This document shows positions 47,101 to 56,077 of a DNA stretch of 64,000 nt, in pieces. The notes beneath the pieces were generated by a model. It made no database searches. It saw only the letters and a program-made list of their open reading frames with translations, and was not told where the DNA came from. The DNA comes from Amoebophrya sp. A120. Taxonomy: Eukaryota > Protista > Dinoflagellata. A program made the position numbers and the translations under genes. Positions within the stretch are counted from its first letter, which is position 1; each line of letters begins with the position of its first letter. The DNA lies in NCBI GenBank assembly GCA_905178155.1, contig CAJINV010000006.1:1861876-1925875 (forward strand), read 5' to 3'.

Positions 47101-48884
47101 ACGGCCAGTGCAGGAGGAGAATGACAGCGACCAATATCATCTTTGTCAACGGGAAAAAACAAACAAAATTGTGACGGATAGCCGGGATCTCGACCTTCGC
47201 CGGAAGAACAACGACCTTGCCGCCTGTAAAAAGTTTGTGCAGGAACAGGAGGGTAAAAATACAGCCGGGACGAAGACGAGCACCCGGGGAGGAGGTACTG
47301 GTACGAACAACAAGAGAACGACCCAGAACGGAAATGTAAATAACGGAAACGGGACGTCGAGCGTTGTTTCCGGAGGTGGGAGTACTTCTAGCAGCCACAA
47401 CCGAGGACGGAGTTCGGGGCCAGTGAATTGTATTAAAGATAGAGCTGCACCACGAGCAGGACCTGGTGGTCGTGCCGCCGGTGGCTGCACCACTAGGAAC
47501 AACCACAACTACGGCAACAATCGCAACCGCGGAGCTGGCGCACAACATCTATGCATTGCAAAAGTTGTATCGTACTCGTATAAATGCATTACAGAGAAAG
47601 ACGAAAGTGATTTTATTGAAGACCGCTGTTGCGGGCATAAACGGCAAGCTTTTTCAAAAAGCTGGCATTTCAAGGAAGAAGATCTTTTTTACTGAATTTC
47701 ACACAAGCACGGCCTGACTTTCAATTTGGATGTAGACAAAATGCAAATTTTCCATGCGTAAGCAAAAAAGATCTTCTCGAATGGCGTTCAAGTGGTAAAC
47801 TTCTCATGCTGTTTCTGTGAAAAAAGACTCTTATTTGCGATGGCGACATTTTGTTTTTGATGCAACCAGCGACACTGCTGCAAGGCCGCATACTTAAGTA
47901 GGTCTTACGGAATTTTCGTAAGGTTTAGGTCGACGCTTAAGGCCCCAAGATAGTAACGTTACGCAGATAGAAAGGAAAAAAGCAAGAAAGAAAAAAGAAA
48001 GCAAGCGACACCGGCGACACGAGCACCCTTAGTACGTGTGAAGCGTGTCCATCTTCGTTGTAATTACAAATTTCCTCAGCGTGAGAAATAAAATTTGTAA
48101 TGCTGATTTGCCTCACCACGATGATTCGTAATGCATGACTGCAATACGAGTACGATACTTTTGCACAGGATGACATCGAGGCAGAAGCGAAAGTTCGGAC
48201 CGGGTCGTAGTTGATCATGTGCGGCGTGACACAAAGCCGCCGCTCCGCGGGCGGGGCAATAATAATAAACATCCGGCGGGTGGTGCTGGTGCAGGGCGGA
48301 ATGGCAACAAGAACACCGGAGAGTACAAGTCGAATTGTAACTGGAGTCGGAAGGCGGACGTGACGCCGCCATATGGATGTGTCAGAGTTGAAATCGACAA
48401 AGTTGAAATAATTTGCCATGCATAAAATGGATGCCAGTTGGAACCCAGTTGCCAATTGGCGCATGACAAATTTCGGCTGTCCCTAAATCCAGTTTGTCAT
48501 GCTGTTTAGGCAAAGAAGAGCGATTTTCTCATGCTACTTTAGCAGCTCGAGCTGTAACCCCAAACAGGCTCACAATTGGCCTCACTTGCCTGCTCTGCAA
48601 CACACGTACCTCGGGTCATGCATTTTATGCATTACAAATTATTTCATTTTCAATTTTGACGATTTCAAACCTGACGCTTCCATACGCCACGGTACAATGA
48701 TAATCGGAACAAAAAGAACAGTACGAACAACAATAACTCATCTCGCGGGAGGAACAACAACAACAAAACTGCGGGTGGCACAACTGGTGGAGGTGCGACG
48801 TCGAGCAGAAACAATGGCACTGGTGTGAATAGAAACAACACGAGGCGGGCACGCAGCAGAAGCCCGCCGAGGGGGAGGAGTTGA
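35191..48884 (+). CDS. Large casein kinase 1 / tau-tubulin kinase-like Ser/Thr kinase with long inserts and a low-complexity tail; ~29 introners plus GT-AG introns (36139-36325, 41649-41838, ~42820-42980, 44271-44886/44922)
   Basis: Spliced motifs in order: LGAGAFAELYLVFD, LAAKCE, RLHKEAVF, CIPRFYGFW, FFLLEVMGRDL, IHEEGVLHRDIKPQNCML, LHLVDFGLA, FRGTAAYGSISALEGYEQTRWDDIEG, LSW, KPDYQRY. No APE motif, as expected for the CK1 group. Start codon and the 42820-43590 exons are uncertain. Confidence 0.85.
35205..35389. mobile_element. Introner, family D (right end degenerate)
   Basis: Left TIR tatggcaaggaaaaagttcgtcacg; DR ttgga. Confidence 0.65.
35405..35553. mobile_element. Introner, family B
   Basis: DR aagga/aagga. 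Confidence 0.9.
35603..35873. mobile_element. Introner, family A
   Basis: DR ccgat/ccgat. Confidence 0.87.
35938..36072. mobile_element. Introner, family B
   Basis: DR tcgat/ttgac. Confidence 0.85.
36489..36742. mobile_element. Introner, family A
   Basis: DR aagga/acgga. Confidence 0.9.
36891..37109. mobile_element. Introner, family F (opposite orientation to 29148-29369)
   Basis: DR atctt/atctt. Confidence 0.9.
37922..38248. mobile_element. Introner, family C
   Basis: DR aacca/aacca. Confidence 0.88.
38560..38713. mobile_element. Introner, family B
   Basis: DR cttcg/cttcg. Confidence 0.88.
38873..39028. mobile_element. Introner, family B
   Basis: DR atccc/atccc. Confidence 0.9.
39268..39431. 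mobile_element. Introner, family B
   Basis: DR cagga/cagga. Confidence 0.87.
39480..39689. mobile_element. Introner, family H
   Basis: DR ccagc/tcagc. Confidence 0.88.
39768..40040. mobile_element. Introner, family A
   Basis: DR gaaag/gaaag. Confidence 0.9.
40191..40402. mobile_element. Introner, family L (inner TIR gaaaaaagtgttacagttacac)
   Basis: DR gagag/gagag. Confidence 0.88.
40546..40696. mobile_element. Introner, family B
   Basis: DR cttcc/ctccc. Confidence 0.88.
40794..41038. mobile_element. Introner, family A
   Basis: DR gcaga/gcaga. Confidence 0.9.
41077..41231. mobile_element. Introner, family B
   Basis: DR ttggg/ttggg. Confidence 0.9.
41281..41542. mobile_element. Introner, family A (diverged)
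   Basis: DR ggtac/ggtac. Confidence 0.85.
42015..42274. mobile_element. Introner, family H-like (diverged)
   Basis: tatccaagagaaa...ttctctcttggata; DR gtctt/ggctt. Confidence 0.82.
42298..42534. mobile_element. Introner, family I
   Basis: DR acccc/acccc. Confidence 0.9.
42586..42747. mobile_element. Introner, family B
   Basis: DR ttcca/ttcca. Confidence 0.87.
43015..43342. mobile_element. Introner, family C
   Basis: DR atgtg/atgtg. Confidence 0.9.
43678..43939. mobile_element. Introner, family A
   Basis: DR ataga/atcga. Confidence 0.88.
45213..45471. mobile_element. Introner, family A
   Basis: DR tgatt/tgatt. Confidence 0.9.
45524..45668. mobile_element. Introner, family B
   Basis: DR cgggc/cgggc. 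Confidence 0.87.
46033..46203. mobile_element. Introner, singleton family K (TIR tatc.cacagaaaaaag.a.gcagg.cagatttgtaa)
   Basis: DR caaga/caaga; long TIR. Confidence 0.88.
46285..46556. mobile_element. Introner, family A
   Basis: DR aattt/aattt. Confidence 0.88.
46855..47040. mobile_element. Introner, family B (diverged)
   Basis: DR gactc/gaccc. Confidence 0.82.
47550..48172. mobile_element. Introner, family B, carrying a nested 469-bp insertion (47594-48062)
   Basis: Outer DR acatc/acatc; inner duplication attaca/attaca. Confidence 0.85.
48372..48684. mobile_element. Introner, family G
   Basis: DR cgcca/cgcca. Confidence 0.9.
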
Positions 48885-50203
48885 GGACTGTTTTCCAGAT
48901 TGATTTTTGCTTTCTAGTATTTACGTTTGTCAAAGGAGCTAAATGCGGTTTTTCCAATAAGTGCGTGTCTGCTCTTGCCGATATTGGTACGCAAGGTTGC
49001 ACAACAAGAAGGAAGCTAAGCAACCCGGAGTCGATGCTTACAACTAAACAGTTTTGAATTTAGGAAAAACTGGCAGACAAGAATCGTCAACCTCAACCTA
49101 GTATACTGTTAAGTACTTTCTATCGTAGACAGTCTCGTCGTAGAGTTTTTTGCCCTCTGAGCTGCAAATGCAATCAAAAAAGTTTATAAAACGACAAAAC
49201 CTCTTTTGTATGTCATTATTGCATTGGTTTATTGTTGGATAAAAGTTATCGAATGAGAATCTGAAATAGTAAACGAATAACATTCAATCTCAAAGCGATA
49301 AGATTTGACAAAAAGAAATTAGTAGAATTGTGAAAAAAAATATTAGAAGAATTCCTCCTAGAAATTATAGGCGACACTAGATAGAAAATGATTTTTTCAA
49401 CACTTAGACTTTTTAAACTACGACGACTAAAAACCACCCCCGAAAATCTTCCACTTCTGAGGTTACAGCCTTCAGCTGACCAAGTTTTGTCCTTCCCTGA
49501 GAAGTGGTCACGATCATATTATACAACCTAATTCGTTATCAATCTATCTCATGCAATCAGAATCAGGTGCGCCATATAGCACAAACTACTCAACGACAGC
49601 AGACTAAATTTATGGAGAGATGCGTAACTACCACTGCTCTCATCAACGTACGTACCGCGATTTTTTTGCCGAAGAAGAAATTTGTAGAGTTAGCCGTTTA
49701 CAAGACGCGCCAATGACAAAATTTTATGCCACGTCTTATACTGGCGGCCTCCCTGATGAAATTTCTAGACCTCTTTTCGTCACTCCGACTTCGTATCTTA
49801 AGTTTGTTCTGGAAAAGCGTCGCCCATCAGGGCTGATGTGGGTGCGGCCTGCAGGAGGCTTGCGCCATCTTGTGGAAGAACCTGCGGGGCCAGTAAAAGA
49901 AGTAGAAGTGCTCCTGCTGATGTTCTTCTTCTCTGGTCAGAAGAACAGGGACTGCGCATCGTCACCAGCTCAACATACACATTGTCGCTCCACCAGAGAA
50001 GCAGGAACACGAGCGAGCTTCCCTTCAAGCACAAGTTTTGACAAAATTAACGGTGCTTGGTAAAAACAAGAACGTTGATGCGCTCACAACTCTACTCGGT
50101 CTTTTTACACACGATAGTTTGTTATTTGCAGTCACTGAGCACTTGCTCCGCTTCATTCTCATCCATCTTCCTCCTCGTTTTCGCTGGATTCAAAGAAACA
50201 AAA

Positions 50204-51702
50204 ATGGCCTTTCGCTTCCGTCGTGAGGGGAACTACACGAAGCACCGCAAGCACATGGAGAACATGGGCTTGCAGCTATCCTGTGCAAGAAAAGCATCGT
50301 ACTCGTACGAGGAATCACAGTCATGCAAGACAAATCTCTTTTTCAAGCTAAGTCAGCATGACAGATTTCATTTCTCATGCTGAGCTAATTTGTATTGCAA
50401 TACTACGAGTAGTACGATGCTTTTGCAAGAATGCATAACAGCCCTGGCTGGATGATTTCCGTTGGCGCGTGTGCAATTTTCAGTACCACTGGTACCTTGG
50501 ACCAAAAGCGCACCAGGCGATCGAAGAAAATGCAATCGGACAAAGGGAAATTCCGTATTTGCAAAACATTCCGAGTCGAGAACAACATGTTGCAACAACT
50601 ACAGGAGCGCGAAACACAGCAGCAGGTCAAGGTCTGGTCCATCACGTTGCGAGAGGACAGCACAACCGGAGCGCCCCATTTCGTACCTTCCTCCCGAACA
50701 TCGTGCCGCAGCGCAAGCTATCAAATGCAAATATCCCTGGACGTCTGGAAGATTCCGAGATGTGTCATGCAGTTTTTCCAAGCTCCGCCAAGTCTGGAAT
50801 GCAGGCCCTAGGATCACAGCTTCTTCATCTTCCCCTTGGTGATCCCTATTCTGCATGAGAAATTTCCAATGAGTCGGCATGACCAGAAGTGGGCAACTTT
50901 TGCAACTCATGCAACACAGATTTTTGTAGCGATGCAGTGGTCCGCAACATGCATCACAGATTCGCACCCTTCTAGACCCAGACATATGCGCAATGCATAC
51001 AAGCAGAGCAACCCCTTTTGCCTGTCGTCGCACAACAGCACCGGTTATCAACTGCAAAAATGTCTGGGTCTGGAAGAATGCCAGACTTGTCATGCAGGTT
51101 TTCCATGACCCATGAGGTCTGGCATGATCATGAAGGACATAGCATGACAGATTCTGTGAGAGTTCTAGCATGCCTATCGTCCTGCGTGAGAAACTGCCAC
51201 TCGATTAGGCCAAAAGTGGACAGCTTTTGGTAATCATGCAACACAGATTTTTACATGATTCAGATTTAGCATGACAAGTTGTTTTGTTCCAGACCCAGAC
51301 ATTTTTACATTTGATACCGGTTGGGTGGAAGCACGGGGCAGGACGGAGTTACTTACCGAAACGAAGCCGCGAACGAAGCACCAGGTGTCCGGTATGGATT
51401 GCAAAAATGTCTGGGTCTGGAAGATTGCAACTTGTGATGCTATTTTTGGAATCTAAAAAAATCTGTATTGCATGAGCAGCAAGTAGAGGCGTCCAGTTTT
51501 AGCTCCGCGTAGAGGGCATTTCTCATGCGGGATAGGCATCAAGATGCCTGCAAAAAATTTGTGATGCTGGGGCATACACCACAGAGATCACGGGTCATGC
51601 AAAATGTCCATGACAAACCTTGCATTCTTCCCGACCCAGACATTTTTGCACTTGATATCCGGAACCGATGACCGCATTCCGGAGATGCCGAAGTTCAGGT
51701 GA
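50204..51702 (+). CDS. Small basic hypothetical protein; 4 introners
   Basis: Spliced frame MAFRFRREGNYTKHRKHMENMGLQPWLDDFRWRVCNFQYHWYLGPK...FLPNIVPQRKQSNPFCLSSHNSTGWVEARGRTELL...RIPEMPKFR*. Three junctions are independently confirmed by the intron-free copy at 52232-52416. Confidence 0.82.
50277..50437. mobile_element. Introner, family B
   Basis: DR gcagc/acagc. Confidence 0.85.
50719..50999. mobile_element. Introner, family A
   Basis: DR caagc/caagc; empty site at ~52260. Confidence 0.93.
51046..51316. mobile_element. Introner, family A
   Basis: DR ccggt/ccggt; empty site at ~52301. Confidence 0.93.
51393..51657. mobile_element. Introner, family A
   Basis: DR tccgg/tccgg; empty site at ~52372. 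Confidence 0.93.
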
Positions 51703-51763
51703 AGGATGGTGAGCAAGAACACGAGTACGACCTCCGGGGTTGCATTTTCCATATATGTCCTGC

Positions 51764-51976
51764 TCACACGAACAGTCAGTCACACGAACAGTGTGTCAGA
51801 TAGATACTCACAGTCAGTCACACGAACAGTGTGTCTGACAGTCAGTCAGAACAGTGTGTCAGATACAGAACAGTGTGTCTGACAGTCAGATAGATACTCA
51901 CAGAACAGTGTGTCAGACAGTCAGTCACACGAACAGTCAATAGATAGATACTCACAGCCACACGAACAGTGTGTCA
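51764..51976. repeat. Mosaic short tandem repeat
   Basis: Shuffled modules cacacgaacag, tgtgtc, cagtcagt and gatagatactcacag. Confidence 0.9.
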
Positions 51977-53483
51977 TTTTTTCACTACCCCAACCACTCT
52001 GACAGTCAACTGTAAAAGGCGGTAATAAAAGAAAACTGGTATACAATAGTAGGCTCGATAGCCCTTGTAGGGGCGTGAAAGTTGTTCTTACTAGATTATC
52101 ACTTTTTCTATTTTACCGCGAAGTAGTGACATCAAATAGAAGCACAGGAGACTTGGTAGAAAAATTTCGAACCTTCGAGAAACATTGGTATATGAAAAAA
52201 CACGAGAAACTTTAATTGTGTTGCTTTATATCCTTCCTCCCGAACATCGTGCCGCAGCGCAAGCAGAGCAACCCCTTTTGCCTGTCGTCGCACAACAGCA
52301 CCGGTTGGGTGGAAGCGAGGGGCAGGACGGAGTTACTTACCGAAACGAAGCCGCGAACGAAGCACCAGGTCTCCGGAACCGATGACCGAATTCCGGAAAT
52401 GCCGAAATTCAGGTGATGAAATAAGATGAGCAAGGCAGCAGGGGGTCGCATTTTCATCAATTATGTTCTACCTCCTTGGGCTTGACGCTGACGCACAGTT
52501 TCTACTGCAGCTGTGTTGCTAAGGACAATGAGAATGAAGTGTTGTTCGGGACAATGAAGCTCTCTCGGCGGGGGCCGCGCAAAAACGATTTTATTTCAAA
52601 AAAAGCACCACTGCATTTTTCTCCACTAGATGTTCTTTTTATTTAACGAGCAGCCTGTTGAGTTCGTCCCAACTTTGAGCAGTTCATCAGAGATGTTTCG
52701 CCCGTCCTCCCATGGTAGCCAGCGGCAGCGCGCAAGGAGATCCATACAGGTCTATGAATTTTTACTAGGATGATAATGTATCTGAACCATAAGAACATCG
52801 TATTTTGAACGAAGATCTACTGTATAGCGGTATTAGGTGCGCAGCGCTTGTTCTGATCAGTTTTTATTTCCACGTGGCTATGCTTGATATTGACGCACCA
52901 AGACTACGAAGCTCTTCTATCTTAGCGCGTTTTTTTGATGCTATAGCAAGCGGACAAAAAGATCTCACGATTTAGTATATGTCGGCAAGGGAAGTAGACC
53001 TAGCTGATAGTTTGGTATCTTGATCGATCTCATTTTCTCTTTTTCCGGCTGCGCGACGAGATCTATTTATCGTTTTTTTGCAGGTCGGCGCAGCCGTTTG
53101 TATTTCTGACGATAGCAAGCAGACACAGAATGACGCACAGCCACACGAGCACAGCACAGTACGAACTGTTCATGATTTTTCCACTACCCCAACCACTCTG
53201 ACAGTCAACTGTAAAAGGCGGAGGTGAACAAGAGAAGCTGATTTACAATCAATAGTAAGCGCGCTAGCCCTGCTTCTAGGGTCGTGAAAGTTCTTACCCG
53301 ATAGAATCAGTTTTTCTATTTTACCGTTTAGTAGTGACATCAAATTATAGTACAGCAGACTTGATATAGAAAAACTTAAACTTTCCGATAATTTTATAAA
53401 TGTTATTTTACGAACCTTCGAGAAACTTTGATATATGAAAAAACACGAAAAACTTATAATAGTTTTGCAGTGTGTTGCTTTAT
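51977..53483. repeat. Direct duplication 51977-52230 / 53176-53483
   Basis: cactaccccaaccactctgacagtcaactgtaaaaggcgg ... cgaaccttcgagaaac ... gtgttgctttata in both copies. Confidence 0.88.
52232..52416 (+). pseudogene. Intron-free partial copy of the 3' coding end of gene 50204-51702
   Basis: Colinear with exons 50687-50718, 51005-51045, 51322-51392 and 51663-51702. All three introners are absent and each DR is present once. Confidence 0.9.
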
Positions 53484-54088
53484 AGATTGTTTCGTCGCGC
53501 GTCAAATCCAGATAGTGATACAACCATTGAGGACATCGATGCTTTCAAAACCCTTTAAAAACACGACGCTGCTGAAATAGAACAAAAAACAGCTACACGC
53601 AACATAGATCTATCACGCAAAAAGTTCGATTTCTTTATCGGATCGTTTGGAGTATAACAAAAAACTTCAGCGTGCCGCCAGCCACGAACGACCTACTTCT
53701 AGCAGTCTAATGCTCAGAAGAGTCTTCTGCGCGAAGAACTACATGCATTAACCTTATTGATAAACGTTTTTTGTCGTAAGTATTTTTCGACTCACTTTTT
53801 CCAAACCGGAAACTACTATTAAACACGACTTCTGAGCCCGTTTTTTATTCCCGGCATTCGTCGGTCGAAAATTCACCTGGGTTACATTCTAGATACAGAC
53901 ACAACTTAAGTCTAAGATTGTGAAGGCGAGACACAATTCTTTTTGATTGTCGCATTTTCGCAACTACGATAAGCAAATGCTTACCACTACCACACGTTGT
54001 TGGACGCCTCAATTGACCTCCCAAAGTAACTTTATATATTTCCTTGTTGATACCGCCTTTAAAAGAGTCTTCACGAGGGGGAGGCTTC

Positions 54089-55127
54089 TACCGAATATTC
54101 AGTGGAGCTTCGCCTTCGGATAAAAACTAAAGCCATACAGGAGAACTGAAATTCGAAATTCTCTCAGTTCAAATCCATTTTTACGTTTTTCTCTCCACAG
54201 CTGCTTCCAAAGGAATTCGCAGCTCAGAACGTTCTTGAGTATCCGCGAACAGTTTCTATCGGAAAGCAGCCTGGTGATACATTAGATCTGCATACATAAT
54301 TTTTGTACGATGTTCGACGCCTACTTCCTAGAGCTAGATTAATAACTACAGAATTATATATTTCCTGTTTGTTTATTTCCTACCGAATTGTAGTGACAAC
54401 GAGAACGACACTCACTTCCGCCCCAATCGCATGATTATATCAAGTAGGGGCCGTTCAGATCGTAGCTATAAGTAGGAGAAAGACCCGTTGTCTAGAAGTA
54501 GACCCAAGAGCATTAACAAGCTGAAGAAAGACGACACATACGCTGCAGCAACTTCCGGAGGCTCTTTCAGGAGGAAGGAGCACAGTCTAAAAATCTTTGG
54601 CAAGAGCAAGACGGTGAAGTAGTATCTCTTTCTTTTTCAACAGCAAAACCTAGGGACAACGGCACGACGGGTCTCTCTTTCAAACGAATTTTCGGCGCAA
54701 GACAACTACACCGGTACCGAATATTCAGTGGAGCTTCGCCTTCGGATAAAAACTACATCGGTAGAAAGAGAAGAACTGAGATTCTAAATAGTCTCAGTTC
54801 AAAATCAAATCCATATATAGTGTCTACCACAGCAGCTACAACAGCTTCCAAAAGCATTCGCAGCTCCCAAAGCGTTCTGGAGTATCCGCGAATATTAGCG
54901 TCTATTGGAAAGGAGCAGCCTGGTGATACATTGAGTCTGCTTGTTACATGATTTTTGTACGATTTTTCCTAGAGCTATTCAAGAGAATTATCATTACCCA
55001 GCATTTGTTTCCCTATCGAATCGTCAAAACGGTACTAACTTCCCAAAACCCGGCATTATATCAAGTAGGGGTCGTGTTGTAGAATCTAGCTAGACGAGGA
55101 CGACCTGTACTAGAGAAACCACAAGAA
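54089..55127. repeat. Diverged ~420-bp direct duplication (54089-~54510 / 54715-~55127)
   Basis: taccgaatattcagtggagcttcgccttcggataaaaacta, gagtatccgcgaa, gcagcctggtgatacatt and tatatcaagtagggg recur colinearly. Confidence 0.88.
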
Positions 55128-56077
55128 GTGCCAGGCGTCATCATTCTAGCGCGCCACAATTACGGCGAAACTTTAGTTTCGGAACATCAAGAACTTCCTT
55201 TCGCCTTCTCGTCCTTTCGAGAAGGCAGACCAGCGTTAGTACAAGAACGACCAGCACAGCATTTATTCAGCGGGTTTGGAAAGGGCCACACCGCAGCTCC
55301 ATTTTACGCCAAGAATAAAAGGGAAAGAAGAAGAAGAACTTCGACAGCTGATATCGTTTTATCTGAGCAACAGTTACAGCACTAGCAGCAGCAGCAGCAG
55401 TAGTGCTTCTCTAAGATCCAGGAGGACAAGAGCTACCGGTTGAAGAAATTTGTAAGGCCTGTGAAGCAGAAGAAAATCATTTACAACAGGACCGGACGGA
55501 TAAGCCGAAAATCATTTACAACTAGTACGGGGCCGCCGAGGACAACTTGCAGCAGTTGTAGTTCTACCGCAACTTCTACAACAACCTCAGAAGTTGTCCA
55601 GCGCCCTCTATTTGGCGAATATATTGCAGAGGAACGAAGAAAAATTCAGATCTTTGTACGATTGAACTACGAGCAGAAAGAGAAGAAGATAAATGCCTTG
55701 GTGACAGTACGTACTATAGATAGGACGACGTATTTTAGAAGTCAGCCGCGCCAAAGAGCCGAGGAGAAGTTCTCCTGGACGAGAACACATCTATCAATTG
55801 CACTACACGACCTATTTGGACACTGAATTGAAGCTACGCGACCGGGTCGCTTCGTTTCGCGCACGATCATCTTCACGAAGAAGCTACACGGGTACTATCT
55901 TTTTTTTCTTAGATGAGCGTGGCTGCGGCCTTTTCCTAGTGCTTGTTGCATGGTGGTAGTTGTAGAGGGTTACTTCTAGATCGTGAAGGTTGTAAGAAAG
56001 TATGCAAGTGCCATCAACTAGATCAACATTTTATCTCTTGAAGAACATTACTACACAGGTGCCAACGATAAGCGAAG

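Noticed and set aside
55128-55826. ORFs 55128-55385 and 55440-55826 as a separate gene or upstream exons
   Set aside because: No ATG start, no homology cues and no clear splice link to 56078.
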